Below are positions 60,310 through 64,000 of a stretch of 64,000 bases of DNA, piece after piece. This stretch comes from Amoebidium appalachense (Eukaryota > Protista > Ichthyosporea). The translations under genes were made by a program, and so were the position numbers. A model generated the notes under the pieces. It had not been told where the DNA came from, searched no databases, and saw only the letters and a list, made by a program, of their open reading frames with translations. Position 1 is the stretch's first letter, and each line of letters opens with the position of its first letter. The stretch spans positions 2,914,001-2,978,000 of the forward strand of contig CAVNZM010000012.1 of assembly GCA_963693365.1 (NCBI GenBank). Direction: 5' to 3'.

Positions 60310-61236
60310 AGGCTCGCCATTCCCTGCACGACCTCTTTCAACCCCTTTCCCACCGCAAATGAACACAAGTGCACCGTCTTTCATGTGGGCCACTCCAGGA
60401 AGATACTAACAATTCTACTGACAATGCTATTGCCACTGCACATAGGTATAGCAACAGTCTGAAACTGTCACATGTACACACGCACGCACGCACACGCACA
60501 CGCACACACACACACACGCGCACACGCGCACAACAGAGACACGTGTACACATGCACACACGTACGCACACATGCCCCACAGACACACGCACGCACGCACG
60601 CACGCACACGAGCACCTACACACACGCATGGGATACCCCTGTGCACAAGAGGCATGCTACAGTAGTACACACAGACGCACTTAAAAGAGACTCGTAAACA
60701 CACATACACGCACGCAGACACACACACACACACATGCACGCATGCAAACACACACACAAGAACACACACGCACACACACGCACATACATACACACAAGAA
60801 GAACTAATTAACTAACTGTACACACCCCACACAATTAACTGTACACACCCCACACAGACACGCATGCGCACAAGCACACTCACACATGCACGTCCGCAAG
60901 CATCCACATCGTGCGTGCACGCACGCACGCGCACGCGCACGAACGCACGCACACACACAGGTAAAGACATAAGCAGACACCAGCCTCTTGGACGCGAGTA
61001 AGCCATCCAAGTTCATTTGGTCGATGCTACTAATCCTAATGGCGTACTACACAAGTGGCCATGTCGTAGTAACGACGCACAGTGTACATGTACAGCTTTT
61101 ACACCGTGATGGCACTATGCATAGCATCCACGAACATTTAGTCGAAGCCAATTCCTCCTATATATACTTTATATCACACGTGCAAAACAGAAGTTTCAAG
61201 TAGGAAGACTTGCCAAATTCCCAAACACCAACCACC

Positions 61237-61308
<72 letters not shown>

Positions 61309-61384
61309 TGGCTAAAGTACAGCGTACCGGGAGTCCGGAGAGGCTCTTCAAGTCACTGCATGCCAAGTTGAACGACTCGGTCAT
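54846..61384 (-). CDS. Putative 7-exon orphan gene, ~191 aa, function unknown
   Basis: Candidate GT-AG exons 61384-61328, 61046-60981, 58448-58384, 58061-57928, 56349-56263, 55166-55038, 54883-54846 join in phase (576 nt) from ATG to TAG. Intervening DNA has intron-type poly-C/(CA)n content. No recognisable domain. Confidence 0.3.
55778..56298. repeat. ~256-bp tandem duplication
   Basis: tataatgaaataataaagaaaacagg...gtcaagtcagaaaaagtgt occurs twice, with few substitutions and variable G-runs. Confidence 0.92.
58773..59883 (+). mobile_element. Miniature non-autonomous copia-type LTR retrotransposon (TRIM-like), 1111 bp
   Basis: Two apparently identical 404-bp LTRs (58773-59176, 59480-59883) with TGTTGGA...TCCAACA ends. 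5-bp TSD cctcc. PBS ggttatgggcccag right after the 5' LTR; PPT gggtagggg before the 3' LTR. 303-bp non-coding interior. LTR carries CCAAT, TATATAA and 4x 13-bp catggagtt(a/c)agt. Confidence 0.95.
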
Positions 61385-62312
61385 GGACTCGGTGACTCAC
61401 GGACCCCTGGACACCCGCCAAGGCGGACGGATCCTCCAAGACTTTTTGTTGTGGGGCATGATCGCCCGTGTGAGAAAAACTTTTTTTTTTTGATATGCGT
61501 GACACTCAGGGTCACACTTCAAATCTAAGTTGTTTTCTAAAAAAAAAAACTTAAAAAATATAATTATAATGCTTTGTGGTTTTTTTTCCAACTTAGGAAA
61601 CGCTTTGTACATATTCCTGTAACTGAAGTTCGTGAATTTTTCTTGGCTGAATGCTAAATAAATATACTTGTAGGGGTACAAACAGTTTCTAGTTGTGGGG
61701 GATCCACGGAAGAAATTAGCAGCCAATCAAAACACGCATGCTTTGCGATCATCGGATCGGCTGCTTCGATCATCGGTCCCTTTCATCCGGTGATCTCTCC
61801 TCGACCTCAGGTAGCTACATACTGTCAGCTGTTTTCGAAAACCATAAAAGCGTGTAATAATCGCTTTTTTTATTAGCCACAAGCATATTTCTAGTGCTTG
61901 GGAATCATTTATGATCATTCATGTTGAGAACATGGCTTTTGATACTAATTTCATGTCACGCGTCCATTTGAACGTAGCATTGCGATTGGCTGGTATGGAA
62001 TGCACTACTTGGTATATAAATCGGTGCCTGCTATCAAACTGCACATTACGTTCACGGGATTCCCTGAGGAGAGCTAGTCTCGCGTTTTTTGTGCCACAAA
62101 AGTTTTAGCAATTCATTTAGTTATATGACAACGGCTTGGTCACGCACGTGTTCATTTATCAACACCAAGAGCTTTACAGGCAGTTCATTTTACAGAGTTT
62201 TGGAATTCCGATTGTCAATAGCTCTATTGAGTTTTGTTACTTTTGTACCTTCTTTTTCTTCAAAGGGAACCTGTAGATCTTTCGTTACATCCTCAGGGAA
62301 GCTCTGGTCAAC

Positions 62313-63749
62313 ATGGCTTCTCCGAGTAATAACTCTGAACCCGGCCTTCATTGTCGGCAAGAAGGCGAGGCTAATTCCACATCTCGCCATCTTCTTGACG
62401 AGGAGGAGGAAAACGATGCACATTTTGCCCCAGTTATGGTTAATACACCCTGGGAGAAAAACGCAACTCCAAACCCAAAGGATGACGATACACAATCCAT
62501 TAGAAGCGAAGATTCAGAAACTTTGCGTGCTGCTGCACAAAAGAAAGGCGAAGAGACGTGTGAATGCGGGGAAGAAGTGCAGAAGATGACCCCCATGTTG
62601 GTATTGGTCTCTGTCGTTGCTGCACTTCCGAGTTTTGCCGATGGCTTTGCAAACACTGTGGTCAACAACTCTGCGTAGGTTCCTCCCTCCCTAACCTTTT
62701 CACCTCCCCATGTTCCTTTTTGTTATGCAACTGTATGGGTTTTATTGTATAAAAATTTATAATGCGGGTTGTGTGATAGGTGAATACACAAACATTCATT
62801 CTCAGATCACGAACAAACGTTCCTAGGAATGTCGGGGAGTGCACGAGTCATACGCCTATGAGCCAGACGCACATTCTCCAAAGGTCCGATTGCGGGTGCC
62901 TATGAGATCAACTGGCAGCATTGCTGAAGCAAAGTATAGAAACATCCTGACATAGACGGGTATACTACCGCAGCTAAATATGCCATTTCTTGAGGGAACC
63001 GGATCCCCCCCCCCCCCCCCCCCCCCGCCCTTCCCCCCCCTCCCCCCTCCTCCTCCTCCCAAGGTTTCCCCCCGCATGCCATCAGCACTTTGAGCAAATG
63101 AGCAAAATCTTGAAGGAGTAGCAGTAATTCCTTGGGCCTGATTATCAGCACCTACACCAGTCAACATACATTGCCCTGTTTCTTTGTGCTGATGCCTTCC
63201 TCTCCGCAGGCCTGCCGTGATGAAATGGTTTGCCGACCGAGGGGACCCATTAACAAGCGCCCAATGGGCATTCATTGTTGCATTGTTCCCCATCGGTGCC
63301 TTTTTCGGTTCATTCCCTGCTGCCTACTTCATCAGAAGGGTGGGTGCACACAAAGCGCAATTGTACAACAACGCTGTCTACCTTACCGCTGGGATCATGA
63401 TGCTTTTTACGCAAAACTACGCCATGCTCGTGGTAGGACGTCTAATTGCAGGCATTGGAATTGGAGTCAATGGGGCGGCGAAGATGATCTACATCCAGGA
63501 ATGTTCGACCATGCGTTGCCGTGGTCCCCTGACCATAGTAGGCCAGAGCATATACGCCGCAGGTTGTCTTGGGGGGTTGGTGATGGGGATGAGCAGCGTC
63601 ATGGGCACACCCGAGCTGTGGCGGTGGCTGTACTGTCTGAGTGTGCTGCCTGCTGTGTTGCATCTAGCCATTGCTTCGTTCTTGCCTGAGAGTCCCCGGA
63701 CGCTGTATGTGCACGGAAAGGAAGAGAAGGCCCGCCGTGTGCTCGAGAA
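62313..63749 (+). CDS. GLUT/SLC2-like sugar porter (MFS), 5' exons only; the gene runs off the window
   Basis: Exons 62313-62674 and 63210-63749. GFANTVVN, WAFIVALFPIGAFFGS, MLVVGRLIAGIGIG, IYIQECS..RG, GTPELWRWL, FLPESPRTL are sugar-porter motifs. TATA at ~62014 and ATTGG at ~61986. Confidence 0.92.
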
Positions 63750-63966
63750 GTAACTATCCCTCTCCCCCCTTCCCCTCAATGCCGTCCCCCTTCCCCCTCC
63801 CCCCCCCCCCCCCGACCCTCCCCCCCCACCCTTTGGGCACTCCCAGCCATCCCCTTTTCTCTAGCCCGCTTTATACATAAACCTCCCGTTTTTGTTTTTT
63901 CGCTTACCGGTAAGCATACACACATACAACACGCGCTTGCTACATTGGTCAGCGCCGCTATTTAGC

Positions 63967-63997
<31 letters not shown>

Positions 63998-64000
63998 ACC

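Overview
Intron-rich eukaryotic genomic DNA, not prokaryotic. Gene content (WDR44, animal-like MsrA, Pho84-like transporter, RGLG-type copine vWA, GLUT-like transporter) suggests a unicellular opisthokont/holozoan, but this is inference only. Most ORF-track entries are artefacts of (CA)n, (CT)n and poly-C/G tracts. Manual GT-AG splicing recovers, in order: a decayed LINE RT fragment; an intronless C69 dipeptidase (-); a 21-exon WDR44 (-); a 4-exon MsrA (+); a 9-exon two-TM copine/RGLG-type vWA gene (+) with an intronic tRNA-Gly(GCC); a 6-exon vWA-TSP1-mucin-TM surface protein with TRAP/MIC2-like architecture (+, one homopolymer frameshift); a 4-exon Pho84-like transporter (-); a possible 7-exon orphan gene (-) carrying a young copia-derived miniature LTR element; and the 5' part of a GLUT-like sugar transporter (+). 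Repeats include minisatellites, a 449-bp tandem array, a MITE-like element and a dispersed ~170-bp intronic family anchored on poly-C tracts. The most interesting items are the TRAP-like adhesin, the poly-C-anchored repeat family, the half-tRNA-primed miniature LTR element and the near-confinement of homopolymer tracts to introns. All gene models are by-eye reconstructions without transcript support.
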